Assembly: GCF_006345805.1 (NCBI RefSeq)
Contig: NC_043021.1
Coordinates: 7,068,001 to 7,132,000 of the forward strand
Length of the DNA stretch: 64,000 bases
DNA from: Octopus sinensis
Lineage: Eukaryota
Direction: 5' to 3'
Positions 37,748 to 49,824 of the stretch are shown here, one piece after another. Position 1 is the stretch's first letter, and every line of letters begins with the position of its first letter. Below the pieces are notes generated by a model. It was not told the DNA's origin. It did no database searches and saw only the letters and a program-made list of their open reading frames with translations. A program made the translations under genes and the position numbers.

Positions 37748-38058
37748 TGAAGGCACGTGGCTTAGTGGTTAGGGTATTCGGATTGCGAGTTTGATTCCTG
37801 GTAGCATGCTGTGGCCTTGAACAAAGCATTTTAGTTCAAATTGCTCCAGTCCACTCAGCTGGCAAAAATGAGTTGTACCTGCATTTCAAAGGGCCAGCCT
37901 TGTCACACTCTGTGTCACGCTGAATTTTCCTGAAAAGTATGTGAAGGATACACATGTCTGTGTGGAGTGCTTAGCCACTTGCATGTTAATCTCATGAGCA
38001 AGCTGTTCCACTGATCGGATCTGCTGGAACCCTCAGTGTCATAAGCGATGGAGTGCCA
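37748..38058 (+). mobile_element. Family E tRNA-derived SINE
   Basis: gtgaaggcacgtggcttagtggttaggg head; the body matches the reverse complement of 41790-41975. Confidence 0.88.
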
Positions 38059-38544
38059 GTTTATATATATTTATTAATGTATATATGTATGTATGTATCT
38101 ATATATTATTATACCCGTGTTTGTTTTGATATTAAGATTGAAAAAAAAAATTGGCCTTGTTTGTAAAAAAATTTGGACCCAAGTTCACACTCCCTAAGCA
38201 AATTTCATTCCCAGGCCACTGAGTGTGAGTCCTTTTTTTTAGTAGATATGGATAGGTGGCATTTGATGGGTGTGTGTTGCATATTTGCTGGTATCCGTGT
38301 TTCTGATATTGCACATTGACCTTATAAGTATATTGTAAAAAAACAACAGCAAAATCTGATTTGCATCAGGTGATAACTGCCCCCACTCAACAAAACAAAT
38401 CTAATTATTTTTTTTGACTCACAATCTTTTACTTATATCACCATTTCACATTGTTGCAGTGTTTATCATTGGTAACTGAAAACTGATAGAACATTAATGT
38501 TAATAGTTAATACTGGGTGCATGATAAAATACACCCAGTTCATA

Positions 38545-38895
38545 CATTCATCATCATCATCATCATCATCGTTTAACATCCGTTCTCCATGCTAGCATGG
38601 GTTGGACTGTTCAACTGGGGATCTGGGAAGCCAGAAGGCTGCACCAGGCTCCGGTCTTATCTGGCAATGTTTCTACGGCTGGATTCCCTTCCTAACGCCA
38701 ACCACTCCATGAGTGTAGTGGGTGCTTTTTACATGCCACCTGCACTGGTGCCAGGCGAGGCTGGCATCGGCCGCGGTCGGATTGGTGCATTTTACGTGCC
38801 ACCTGCATGGAAGCCAGTCGAGGCGGCACTGGCTTCGGCCACGATTCGGATGGTGCTTTTTACGTGCCACCGACACGGAAGCCAGTCGATGGTGA
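38545..38895 (-). mobile_element. Family C retroposon with internal tandem units
   Basis: (cat)n tail and three ggtgctttttacgtgccacc-like motifs. Confidence 0.9.
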
Positions 38896-39439
38896 AAAAT
38901 GTTTGGTTATAAGGAGGACATCCAACTGTGAAAAACCATACCAAAGTAACATGGCATACACAGTAACAAAGTTTGCTGGCTTTCACATTGTTGCTTTGTT
39001 TGCTCAGATGAAGAAGGTCCATGTGAACTGGTGACACACTGTGAAATTTTTGTCTAGCTGATTCAGCCATGTATTATGTTTTATGGAAAAATTGGCTTAG
39101 AACGATGCTGATGATGTTATGTTAACTGTCCTGGCTAAATTCCATGTTGCTTGTTTACCGTTTCAGCCAGTGAATTATGATTTCAGCCGTTTTCCTTTGT
39201 TTTAGGTGTTTGCCAGATTTAGTGTAGATTGTGAGATCTTTGTGTTATCAGATATTTTGCTATGCGTATATAGATTGGGCTAAAAATAGATGGTAATAAA
39301 TGTGGAAGGTAGTTTACATCGAGTTAGTAAATATATTTTGAATGTTCTTTGTTGTCATCATCATCAGCATCGTTATTGTTATAATGTTAGTTTTGGTGTC
39401 TTGCTGTACTCAAGGAAACTTGTCTGCCATAGCAGAATT

Positions 39440-39660
39440 GATGTCGGTACTGGTGCCACATTAAAAGCATTGGTGCTGGTGCCACATAAAAAGTACACAG
39501 TGCTCTCTGTTGAGTGGTTGGCATTAGGAAGGGCATCCAGCCATAGAAACCAAGCCAGGACAGACAATGGAGCCTGGTGTGGCCCCTGACTTTAACAGCT
39601 CTGATCAAACTCTGCAACCCATGCCAGCATGGAAAACACGTTAAATGATGATGACAACGA
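39440..39660 (+). mobile_element. Family C retroposon
   Basis: gagtggttggcattaggaagggcatccagcc...acccatgccagcatggaaaacacgttaaatgatgatga. Confidence 0.85.
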
Positions 39661-41147
39661 CGTTTCTCTGGAAGGGATAGATCTGATTACAAGCACACAA
39701 GGATAACTGTAGAAGATATCTTACAGTGAATTAGTAAATTATTTTTGAATCATCATCATTATGATTCTGATAATGGCAATTGTGACTGTCAGTCTCCTAT
39801 ACAATAATTATTATCATCATTACCATTTTTTATTCTGTCTGCTTTCTTTGCTGGCATGGGTTGGATGGGTGTCATAGTCTGATTAATTTCTTACAGGGTG
39901 CTATTGCTCCTAAAGATGGGAGCTTGTATGTGTTATTTGGTTTGGTTTCTTTAGCTGAAAGCCCTTCCTCTTGCCAGCTACTTTACAAAGTGTGTATTGG
40001 GTGCATTTTCTTGTACCAATACTAGAAATGTTGAATAGTCTTTGGGCTGACAGGATTAAAGGGGATTTCAGTCTTACACTTTCTCTGCTCATTTTGTCAA
40101 TCACTTTTTTGAGGATGAACTGAGGGCACATTTTGTGTTGTCAGCACTAGAAAGGTAACCTTGCTTAGTATTCACTTGTAGGAGTGTGGTGGGTTTCATC
40201 ATAGCACTGTCACAGGAAGTGGGGTGGGGAATAAGAGAGGAAGCAATGGCAGCAGAAAGTTAATCTTTAGAGTGTTAAATAGAGAGTACTCAATAATCTA
40301 AGGCATGTGCATTTAATCAGGTGACTAAGAAGGGGAATAGAAAGAGAGAGAAAGGTAGAGAAAGGGAGGGCAAGAGACCAATGACATGAGAAAGGGTAGA
40401 ATGGATAGGAGGAGGGTGCAAGATATGGGAAAAGGCAGGTGTGTGTGTGTATGTGTGGTGGATTCCATTAAAACATAGTGAAACAGGAATTTTATGTTGA
40501 AATATAAATTTACAGAGAAGAGATAAGGATTTCTCTTTCTCTTTCTCGAGGCCTTCATTCTATTTGCAGTTATCAGTGACACTAGGTTCCTGTTTTATGG
40601 AGTAACAAACATTCTAAAACTAATCTGCCACTGGTTAATTTGATAGTGTCATTCTCTGGTAGTTTTTTTTTACCCCCCCCCCTTTTTTTTTATAAAAGGT
40701 TAGCTCTCACCCCTTAATTATTTTGAGCATATAGTCATTGACTGGTGATTCCAGTTTACCTCCAATTTGATTCAGGCATGTGATTGTCGATAGTCCACAA
40801 AAATGGTGACATATCGATATCCATCGATCTGGAATGGAATTGGGATGCATTGTCTTGCTTGTCTATAACTTTTAGATATTTTAACACCGAGCACTTAGAG
40901 GGAGTCATCCCTACCATGCTAAAATGCTGCCTATCAGTGAACAAGCCGAGCATATACATTGAGTATGTGGTCGATAAATTAAATTTTTTTTTTGTTAACA
41001 ACTGCCATGTTACCAAAAACTGTCTCTTTGGATTTACTTATGCCGTATTCCTTATAAATGTATGTTAAATCCCCTTCAGGTTTATTTAACTGTTGTTTGA
41101 CTTTCTAAAGAAAAAGACAGTTATTTTTTTCTTTTCTTTACTGCCAG

Positions 41148-41165
41148 AACAGAAAGCCATTACAG
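41148..41165 (+). CDS. Candidate 18-nt alternative microexon of striatin (NRKPLQ)
   Basis: ttatttttttcttttctttacTGCcAG|AACAGAAAGCCATTACAG|GTGAGA. Length is 18 nt with no stop in phase 0, compatible with the phase-0 start of exon 58584. No transcript evidence. Confidence 0.4.
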
Positions 41166-41782
41166 GTGAGATGTGTCATCTGATCACTGAATTTATGTCA
41201 TGTTTTTAATATGACATTACTACAAAAAACTTCATAATTCTAATAATACCTCCACCACAACCATCATTTTCGTCAAGGACCATCACTTCTACAGGCTGTG
41301 TGGAACCATTCTTACCACATGTCAGTATCCCCTGGTTGCTATGTAAACTGTACAAAAGAAAATGTCATTTTTAGAATGTTCTAGACTTAGTGTGACATTA
41401 TTGAAGGCTTCTTAGAATTTCCTTTTCACATCTCTTCTTGTTTATATGTACACACACACACACACACACACACACACGTATTACTCATGCTTGCACTTTC
41501 TCATGTGCATATAATATACACATGTACGTGTAGACCAGGTGTCTTTTACTTGTTTGATTCACTTTGTCGCACTGCAACAAAGCCATATATGTAGAGGGGC
41601 TTATTTTGATTGAATTTCTAGGAGAGAAGAAAGGTAAAGTTGATTAGAGAGTCTCCTCCACACCCTTGGAGATTTAGAAGGCAAATGTCAACTTTTAGAG
41701 GGACAAAAAGGTACCTGTGATTTGAACCCAAGAAGAATGCTGAAACTAAATCTTGTAAATTACTGCCATTCCACTGTCTTAA

Positions 41783-42170
41783 ATGTGGAAGCACTCCGTC
41801 GATTACGATGATGAGGGTTCCGGTTGATCCGATCAACGGAACAGCCTGCTCGTGAAATTAACATGTAAGTGGCTGAGCACTCCACAGACACATGTACCCT
41901 TAACGTAGTTCTCGGGGATATTCAGCGTGACACAGAGAGTGACAAGGCCGGCCCTTTGAAATACAGGTACAACAGAAACAGGAAGTAAGAGTGAGAGAAA
42001 GTTGTGGTGAAAGAGTATAGCAGGGATCACCACCATCCCCTGCCGGAGCCTCGTGGAGCTTTTAGGCGTTTTCGCTCAATAAACACGCACAACGCCCGGT
42101 CTGGGAATCGAAACCGCGATCCTACGACCGCGAGTCCACTGCCCTAACCACTGGGCCATTGCGCCTCCAC
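41783..42170 (-). mobile_element. Young family E tRNA-derived SINE with TSD
   Basis: Head gtggaggcgcaatggcccagtggttagggcag...ggtttcgattccc (A/B boxes). TSD tccactgtct(t/g)aa at 41770-41782 / 42166-42178. Confidence 0.9.
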
Positions 42171-42338
42171 TGTCTGAAGTAGTAAACCAAACATTAAATC
42201 TCACTGCTGCTGATGCGTTTGGTTTATTTAAAACCCATAATGTATAGCTGGTATTCTTTAACTCTTGGAGGAGTGAAAGGTAATATTGGTCTCGACAGGA
42301 ATAGAAAGTAAAAGGGAAAGGATTGAATCTAAATCTAT

Positions 42339-42690
42339 CTATCCGCTCAGTCGAAGTCGACTCTCGGTTACCCATTGGATCAGTGTCCTCCAGTCAGTTC
42401 TATCCTGGGCCGCTTCTTTCAGATTGGCTATGTCCATTCCGGTATCACTCTTGATGGTGTCAAGCCAGCGGGTTCTTGGTCGGCCTCTTCCTCTCTTGCC
42501 ACTGACCATTCCGAGCATGATGTCCTTCTCCAGGGATTTTCTCTGCATAACATGACCGAAATATGCCAATCTATGCTTGGTGATCCTAGCTTCTAGCAAC
42601 ATTTTCGGCCTGATCTGCTCAAGAACTTCTCCATTGGTAAGCCTCGCTGTCCATGGAATCCATAAAAATCTTCTCCACCAAAGCTCATTC
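42339..42690 (-). mobile_element. RTE-clade (BovB-like) LINE 3' fragment, second copy
   Basis: ELWWRRFLWIPWTARLTNGEVLEQIRPKMLLEARITKHRLAYFGHVMQRKSLEK...SRLRLSG*; gatagataga tail; near-identical to 13848-14148. Confidence 0.93.
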
Positions 42691-43990
42691 TTTTATTCTT
42701 TTACTTGTTTCAGTCATTTGACTGCAGCCATGATGAAGAAATCGACCACTGGACTTTGTAAGTCTAGTACTTATTCTATCGGCCTCTTTTGCCAAACCAC
42801 TAAGTTACAGAGATGTAAATACACCAACATCAGTTGTGAAGCAATGGTAAGGAGACAAACACTGACACATAGGCATGCCTGGGCCATGTTCAATCTTGTA
42901 GTACCATTCGCTATGTGTGTAACACAAGAGACTTAATCTCTATTGATGCGACTATTGATAATAGTAAGAACATTTTGTAAAATTACTATAATTTGGTTCC
43001 TCATACTTGTCTTCCATACTTCCTTTTCTTTTCTATCTCTTGCTCATCATATACTCAGTGGAGATTTGGCTGCTATTTCTAGTAGTTTGAGTAACCACTT
43101 ACGTCTTCAATCGCTTATGAATCCTCTGCATGTTATTGTCTTTTTGCTTTAGCTTCCAAGTCAACCCTGATCAAGTCGACCTGCTAGAAATAACTAACTC
43201 TCTCTCATCACTTCGTTTTATTAAAAAGAGTAGAAACATGGATTAATGTAGTCCTAGATTCAATAAACCTAAGAAAAACAAAAAAACAAAAACAAAACTG
43301 GATGGTCATGACCGGAAATTCGTTAATTGCAAGTTTACTGGATCAGGTCTGACCTGGGACTAAAGAATACCAACCGTTGATGAACACTGCCCTAAATTTC
43401 TATAATAAAAAAAATAGATGTTTTTCTTCTCTTCTCTGTTCAACCAACCAACCGACCGACCAACCAGTCAACTGTACAACAGAGATGGCAGCAAAGCTGA
43501 TTGTAATCTAGTATTGATTTGCCTGCAATAGACAGTCCACTGATCCTCTCACATTGGTTGTACTGATGATGGAACTGTGGTGTTAGTGTGGAGCTGGTGA
43601 CAAACTGCAGTGCTTGGTTATCATAAATTACATCTTGCCACCACTGATTATATATGTTCTCTATAAACGGCACATTAATACTAAATTAAAAGAGGCTGTT
43701 GATGTGAGTGATGGCATTAGTTAGAAAGGGCGGTGAAGAATGGAAACAACAACAGTTTGAACATTACTGACTTTACAGTGGAAATAAATGATCTAGACTT
43801 CTCGCTGTTATTGGCTTCTTTCTTTCACTTTTTGTGGCATCACGAGGTTCAGCTGCAGTTAAAATATGGGAGGACTTGTAGGGAAATTAACAGATGTCCT
43901 TTCCATAAATATAGCAAAATAAATTCAAAGACGCTGAATCTTTTTCAAAAGATTGTGCTGCTGGTGATGCTGCTGTTAATAATAACAAAG

Positions 43991-44029
<39 letters not shown>

Positions 44030-44030
<1 letters not shown>

Positions 44031-44234
44031 AGACAAATACATAACAAAAACACCAGGACTTACAAACACATATAACATACAGAAAATTGCACTACTGGGC
44101 ACTGCACACATCCTACGCAGAACACTTTCCATACAATAACCATCAAAGCATCACAATAAATCACAGCACATACCCAAGGCACACAGAGCTGCGCTCGGTA
44201 GTGAAGTGAAAGCACGATATAAAAAAATATACTA

Positions 44235-44238
<4 letters not shown>
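44030..44238 (+). mobile_element. R4/Dong LINE 3' end inserted in (TAA)n
   Basis: TDKYITKTPGLTNTYNIQKIALLGTAHILRRTLSIQ* (stop 44137-44139) plus 3' UTR, flanked on both sides by (TAA)n. Confidence 0.88.
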
Positions 44239-44271
<33 letters not shown>

Positions 44272-44295
44272 GTAATAATAATAATGATAATAATA

Positions 44296-44482
44296 ATCCT
44301 TTCTAACATAGGCACAAGGCCTGAAATTTTGGGGGAGGAGGATAACCGATTACATCGACCCCAGTATTCAACTGGTACTTATTTTATCAACCCCAAAAGG
44401 ATGGAAGGCAAAGTCAACCTTGGCTGAATTTGAACTCAGAACATGAAGATGGACGAAATACCGCTAAGCATTTTGCCCAGTG

Positions 44483-44522
<40 letters not shown>

Positions 44523-44925
44523 TCCTTTCTACTATAGGCACACACCTGAGATTTTGGGGGAGGGGTCTAGTTGATTTAATAGACCCCACTGTTTCACTGG
44601 TACTTAATTTATCGACCCCGAAAGGATGAAAGGCAAAGTCAACCTTGGCAGAATTTGAACTCAGAACACAAAGGCAGACAAAATACTGCTAAGCATTTAG
44701 CTTAGTGTGCTAACCATTCTGCCAGCTTGCCACCTTGATGATGATGATAATAATAATATAATAATAATAATAATGTTTCAAATTTAGGCACAAAGCCAGC
44801 AATTTTGGGGGAACTGGTAAGTTGATTACATCGATCCAGTGTTTAACTGGTACTTATTTTATTGACCCCAAAAGGATGAAAGGCAAAGTTGACCTCAGCG
44901 GCATTTGAACTCAGAAGGTAAACAG
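44296..44925 (-). mobile_element. Head-to-tail array of three family A SINEs separated by (TAA)n (~44296-44482, 44522-44735, 44776-44925)
   Basis: Three co-oriented bodies with pure taa spacers. Confidence 0.9.
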
Positions 44926-45063
44926 CTGGAAAGTGAGTACTAGCTGAATAATGGATCATTTTAATTGACTTACCCTCTCCTCTGAACTTGCTGACCTTGT
45001 GCCAAAATTTGACACTATTATTATTATTATTATTATTATATTATTATTATTATTAAGTGATGA

Positions 45064-45270
45064 AGGCAGCGAGCTGGCAGAATCGTTAGCATGCTAGGCG
45101 AAATGCTTAGCGGTATTTTGTCTGTTGTTACGTTCTGAGTTCAAATTCTGCCGAGGTTGACTTTGCCTTTCATCCTTTCGGGGTCGATAAATTAAGTACC
45201 AGTGAAACACTGGAATCGATGTAATTTCACTTGTCCCCCCCCCTCAAAATTCAGGCCTTGTACCTACATT
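45064..45270 (+). mobile_element. Family A SINE downstream of (TTA)n
   Basis: aggcagcgagctggcagaatcgttagc...aaattcaggccttgtacctac. Confidence 0.92.
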
Positions 45271-45502
45271 AGAATTATTGGTTATTATTTATTTATTATC
45301 GGGCATGGCTGTGTGGTTAGGGAGCTTGCTTCCTAGCTATATGGTTTCGGGTTCAGTCCCACTGCGTGGCACTTTATGCAGGTGTCTTCTGCTATAGCCC
45401 CGAGCCGACCGAAGCTTTGTGATTGAATTCAGTAGGCGGAAGTTACTGCCGTGTGTGTATGTGTGCGTATAGCTGCTCAGTGCCTCTCCGAAAGAGAGAG
45501 AG

Positions 45503-46009
45503 GGATTGACACTATCATTAAAAGTGTCAGGTAAAAATATTTGTTGCTATTTGCTGTGGGCCTCTTATCTTCCTAGATAAAATCTTGCTGAAGTCAACTT
45601 TTGCCTTTCGTTCCTACAGGGCCAATAAAATACAGTACCAGTTGAGTACTGGGCTCAATGTAATTGACTAACCCTCTTCCCCCTAAACTACTGGTGTTGT
45701 ACTTAAATCAGAAACATTTATCTACTGGCCCCATTCCACCAAATTCTGACCCTGTGCCTACATTAGAATTATTGGTTATTATTTATTTATTATGGATTGA
45801 CACTATCATTAAAAGTAGGTAAAAATATTTGTTGCTATTTGCTGTGGGCCCGTTATCTTCCTAGATAAAATCTTGCTGAAGTCAACTTTTGCCTTTCGTT
45901 CCTACAGGGCCAATAAAATACAGTACCAGTTGAGTACTGGGCTCAATGTAATTGACTAACCCTCTTCTCCCTAAACTGCTAGTGTTGTGCTTAAATCAGA
46001 AACATTTAT
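45503..46009 (+). repeat. Recent direct duplication (45503-45721 vs 45794-46009)
   Basis: About 217-bp near-identical copies (ggattgacactatcattaaaag...aaatcagaaacatttat). Confidence 0.93.
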
Positions 46010-46543
46010 TAAAAAAAAGGAGCAGTGGATTAGAGAATTTGTAGGGCATTGGCCTGATCGCTGCTTTGTTATGTTTACTTTGATCTCGTTATGTATTGAT
46101 ATTAAATCGCAACACGGTCAATTTAGCTTTTCAATAAATAAATTTAAAAATCTTCATATTTCTATCATTGAATTAAGAGGTGAAATGATAATGACTTTCG
46201 CGAAGGCATGAAATTACATCTCCCACTCCTCCCTGTTGAACTTTATATATAGGGTCTGTACATGCAAGTTATGAGAGACAAAGATGAAGCATTAGTAGTA
46301 GCAGTATTTGAAATTTTGCTGTTGCTGCTATTACTACTACTACTAATAGACAGCTTTTGATCTGCTAGAGGAAATAGATTAATCTATCTCTTCCTAACCC
46401 TATAACATACCTCCTCACTTCTGTATATATCCTCTCTCTCTCTCCTCCTCCTTCCCCTCCTCTCTGTTCACTGCCCAGCCAGCCTCTTCTGATATTACAT
46501 CTGTTACTGTGTAGTGTAAGGCGCTGCCATTTAAGTATAATAA

Positions 46544-46575
<32 letters not shown>

Positions 46576-46786
46576 TTAATAATAATAATAATACTGGTGG
46601 TGGTGGTGGTGGAGGTGTGGTGATAGTAGACAACATATATTTTGAAGTGGAGAGGTGTTGTGGGGGGTGGGGGGTTTAATAGAGATTTCTGTATCAAATT
46701 TCCTGTCTGCCCTCAATTCTCACATCATACCCCACTCACCAATTTATCTACCTAGCCACACATCCATCTCCGACATCCCATCTGCT

Positions 46787-46823
<37 letters not shown>

Positions 46824-46995
46824 CTCTCTCTCTCTCTTCCCCCTCCCTTCTCCCTCTCCCTATTGTTTAGAAATTTACGTTGAAGATTTAAATTGAAATT
46901 TTTCAACACTAAACATGCTTTTTTTTTTTTGTTTTGGAGATTTACCAAATTTTTTTAATCTCAGGTTTCTTTACTATTCCTACTCTGTATGTATG

Positions 46996-47045
<50 letters not shown>

Positions 47046-47219
47046 TAGTCACGGATGGGTAATACATTTAATTTTGATTTTTATATTTAATTTTTCTTTT
47101 AAACTCTCAGTGACATATTACATTTATAACATTAGTCCCCTAGCATTGCCACAGTAAACTAGTAACATATATTAATCTTCGTATGTCGAGTTATGAATAT
47201 AAAAACAATTTAATATTAT

Positions 47220-47690
47220 GTTTCTTTTACTTGTCTCATTGGACTATGGCCATGTTGGGGCACTGCCTTGACGTATTTAGTCAAACAAATTGACTCTAGT
47301 ACTTATTTTTTAGTCTGATGCTTATTTTATTGGTCTCTTTTGTCAAACTGCAGGTATGAAACAAACCAACACTGATTGGCAAGCAGTAGTGATGGGGGGG
47401 GGGACAAACACGGCTTCCTTGCAATTTCCATTTACCAAATTCACTCATAAAGCATTGGTCAGCCCAGGACTATTGTAGTAAACACTTGCACAAGGTGCTG
47501 TACCGCTGAGGTTGACTTAGCCTTTCATCCTTTCGGGGTCGATAAATTAAGTACCAGTTACGCACTGGGGTCGTTGTAATCGACTTAATACCTATGTCTG
47601 CCCTTGTTTGTCCCCTCTGTGTTTAGCCCCTTGTGGGTAATAAAGAAATAGGTACATGGTTGCAAACCAAATTTCTTAACCAAACAGACA
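47220..47690 (-). mobile_element. Old family B SINE with a nested 5'-truncated family A SINE (47503-47653, plus strand)
   Basis: The B body is interrupted after caaggtgctgta by a CpG-intact A fragment and resumes at catggttgcaaacc. Confidence 0.8.
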
Positions 47691-47714
47691 TAGCTGAAGA
47701 ATCACTTTTAATAG

Positions 47715-48200
47715 TGTTCATCATCATCATCATTGTCATCTAACTTCAGTTTTCCATGCTGGAATGGGTTGGATGGTTTAACCTCAACTGGTAAGGCCAG
47801 GGGCTGCATCAAGCTCCATTGTCTGTTCTGGCATAGTTTCTATTGCTGGACAGCCTTCCTAATGCCAACCACTTTACAGAGTGGACTGGGTGCTGTTTAT
47901 GTGGCACCAATCTGGTTTGGCATGGTTTCTACAACCACTCCAAGATTGTAGTGGGTGCTTTTTGCATGCCACCGGTGTGGTACCAGTTACATGATACCAG
48001 CATCAACCACAACTACATTTTCACTCGGTTTGATGAGTCTTCTCAATCACAGCATATTGCCAAAGGTCTCGGTCACTTATCACCTCTGTGAGGCCCAATG
48101 TACGAAGGGTGCTTTTTACATGCCACCGTCGTGGGTGCCTGTTACATGACATCAGCCACAACTATGGTTTCACTTGGCTCGACAGGTCTTCTCGAGCTCA
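47715..48200 (-). mobile_element. Old family C retroposon with longer internal duplication
   Basis: (cat)n tail; ggtgctttt..catgccacc...gtcttctc units at ~47953 and ~48109. Confidence 0.7.
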
Positions 48201-48709
48201 AATTCATACATGTGTATATGTATGAATATGTATGTCCTTTTCATTAAATAGATCTATTTATGTTTATCTCATTAAAACAAATTATATAAAATAATGAGAA
48301 TGAATTTAAATCAAAAGTAAATTTTAAAAAAAAAGGAGCCCAGAAAGTGTATGCTTTCCTTCATAGTGCTTTGAATTTGGAAATTATGCAACAGTAGAGT
48401 ACCTGAAAGATTTTGCTCTCTCTCTCTTTCTCTTTCTTCTGTTGGCAGATTTGTGGTTATGTTATATGTAACCAGTTCAGGATGCTGGGTTGGCAGGATG
48501 TTTAGCTCATTGGATGTGATTGGATGTTTTGCTGCGTCTTATGCTTTGCGTGATCTAAATATAATCCCTACCGACACTTGTATTAAAAGTTGTAATTGAC
48601 AAATTGTGTCAACAATTGAAAAGTGAATGGAAATATAGTTCAACTGAAAGTTTGACAGTGGCAGCAGTGACGGCTGCTGATTGTTGATATTGTTTACTCT
48701 GTATTTTAA

Positions 48710-48935
48710 CCCTTTAACATTTAATCCGGCCATATCCAGCCCAAATATTCTACTTGCTTTATGTTCAAACCGACCAGATCCGGCCTCTCACACCCACCAA
48801 ACATTTGACATTCTAAATATAAACATTAACAGTATTGTCATTGAAATCTGAAAGCTATGAGGTAACACATGATTAATTCAAAATAATGTCAATAATAAGC
48901 TTTACATTTGACGGAATAATCAGTATGCCAAAGGG
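48710..48935. mobile_element. piggyBac-like MITE
   Basis: TTAA|ccctttaacatt...gtatgccaaaggg|TTAA. Confidence 0.88.
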
Positions 48936-49824
48936 TTAAGCATAAGACATTTCAGACCTGTAAATATCTCCCACTTGAATGAATATAATGGCTCGAGTAA
49001 TGTAGGCTTTGTAGACAAATGCATGTGGACATAAACTCACAAATGAAATAATACCCTAAGAATAAGCAGGAGGGGATACACAAGCATAATTGACCAATTC
49101 AGGGTTTCTCTTTCTTTGCTCTTGAAGCTGTAAACTTGTATGTCACTTCATTAAAAGCAATGCTTTTCAACAATTCTCTTTCAGTTGATAATATCTCAAA
49201 ATTGGGAGGATTTTACTATTTTACTATCCCATGGTAGAATTCAAATAGTTCTTTATAAGTTCCCACTTTGCAGATCATTAGAAGTAATTTTAGGCTTAGT
49301 GAAAAGATGGAGAGAGATTTCTATGAAGCCCCATTCAGTTATGAATGTAACTACAAAATATGGAAATGCAATGAAAACTTGATAATGAAACACAGCTAAA
49401 TATAAGTAGTCGATGGTAATAAGTGGTGACTATAAAAACATGAAAAGTCAATGGAAACATCGATGTAAACAACAGCATGTGTTTGTAACACGGGTAGCTT
49501 TGAGAACCCTTTATTGAATTAGGAACAATTAATCACATAAGCTTATTCTTTGGAAGCTACTCAGAGAATTTAGCAGTGATTATCCTGCCCTTTCAATGGT
49601 CTATTATATGGAACTGTAGCAAAAATAATCCATCTCCTTTAGTAGTGAGTATACTGTTGATGCCATGAACAGTTCCACCTACGGATGAAAATGGTATTTT
49701 TGTACTGCTCTCTAACATGTCCATTCTATTTGTCCAACAGATCCTAGATCAACTGCTAAAAGTTTGATTTTTTTTTTTCTCTGAAGAGCATATCAAAGAA
49801 ATGAAAAGAAAAAGTTTCTGCAGG

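Noticed and set aside
42095-42170. tRNA gene
   Set aside because: A/B boxes are present, but I could not fold a canonical anticodon arm, and it is the head of a TSD-flanked SINE; the same holds for the heads at 59030-59109 and 37748.
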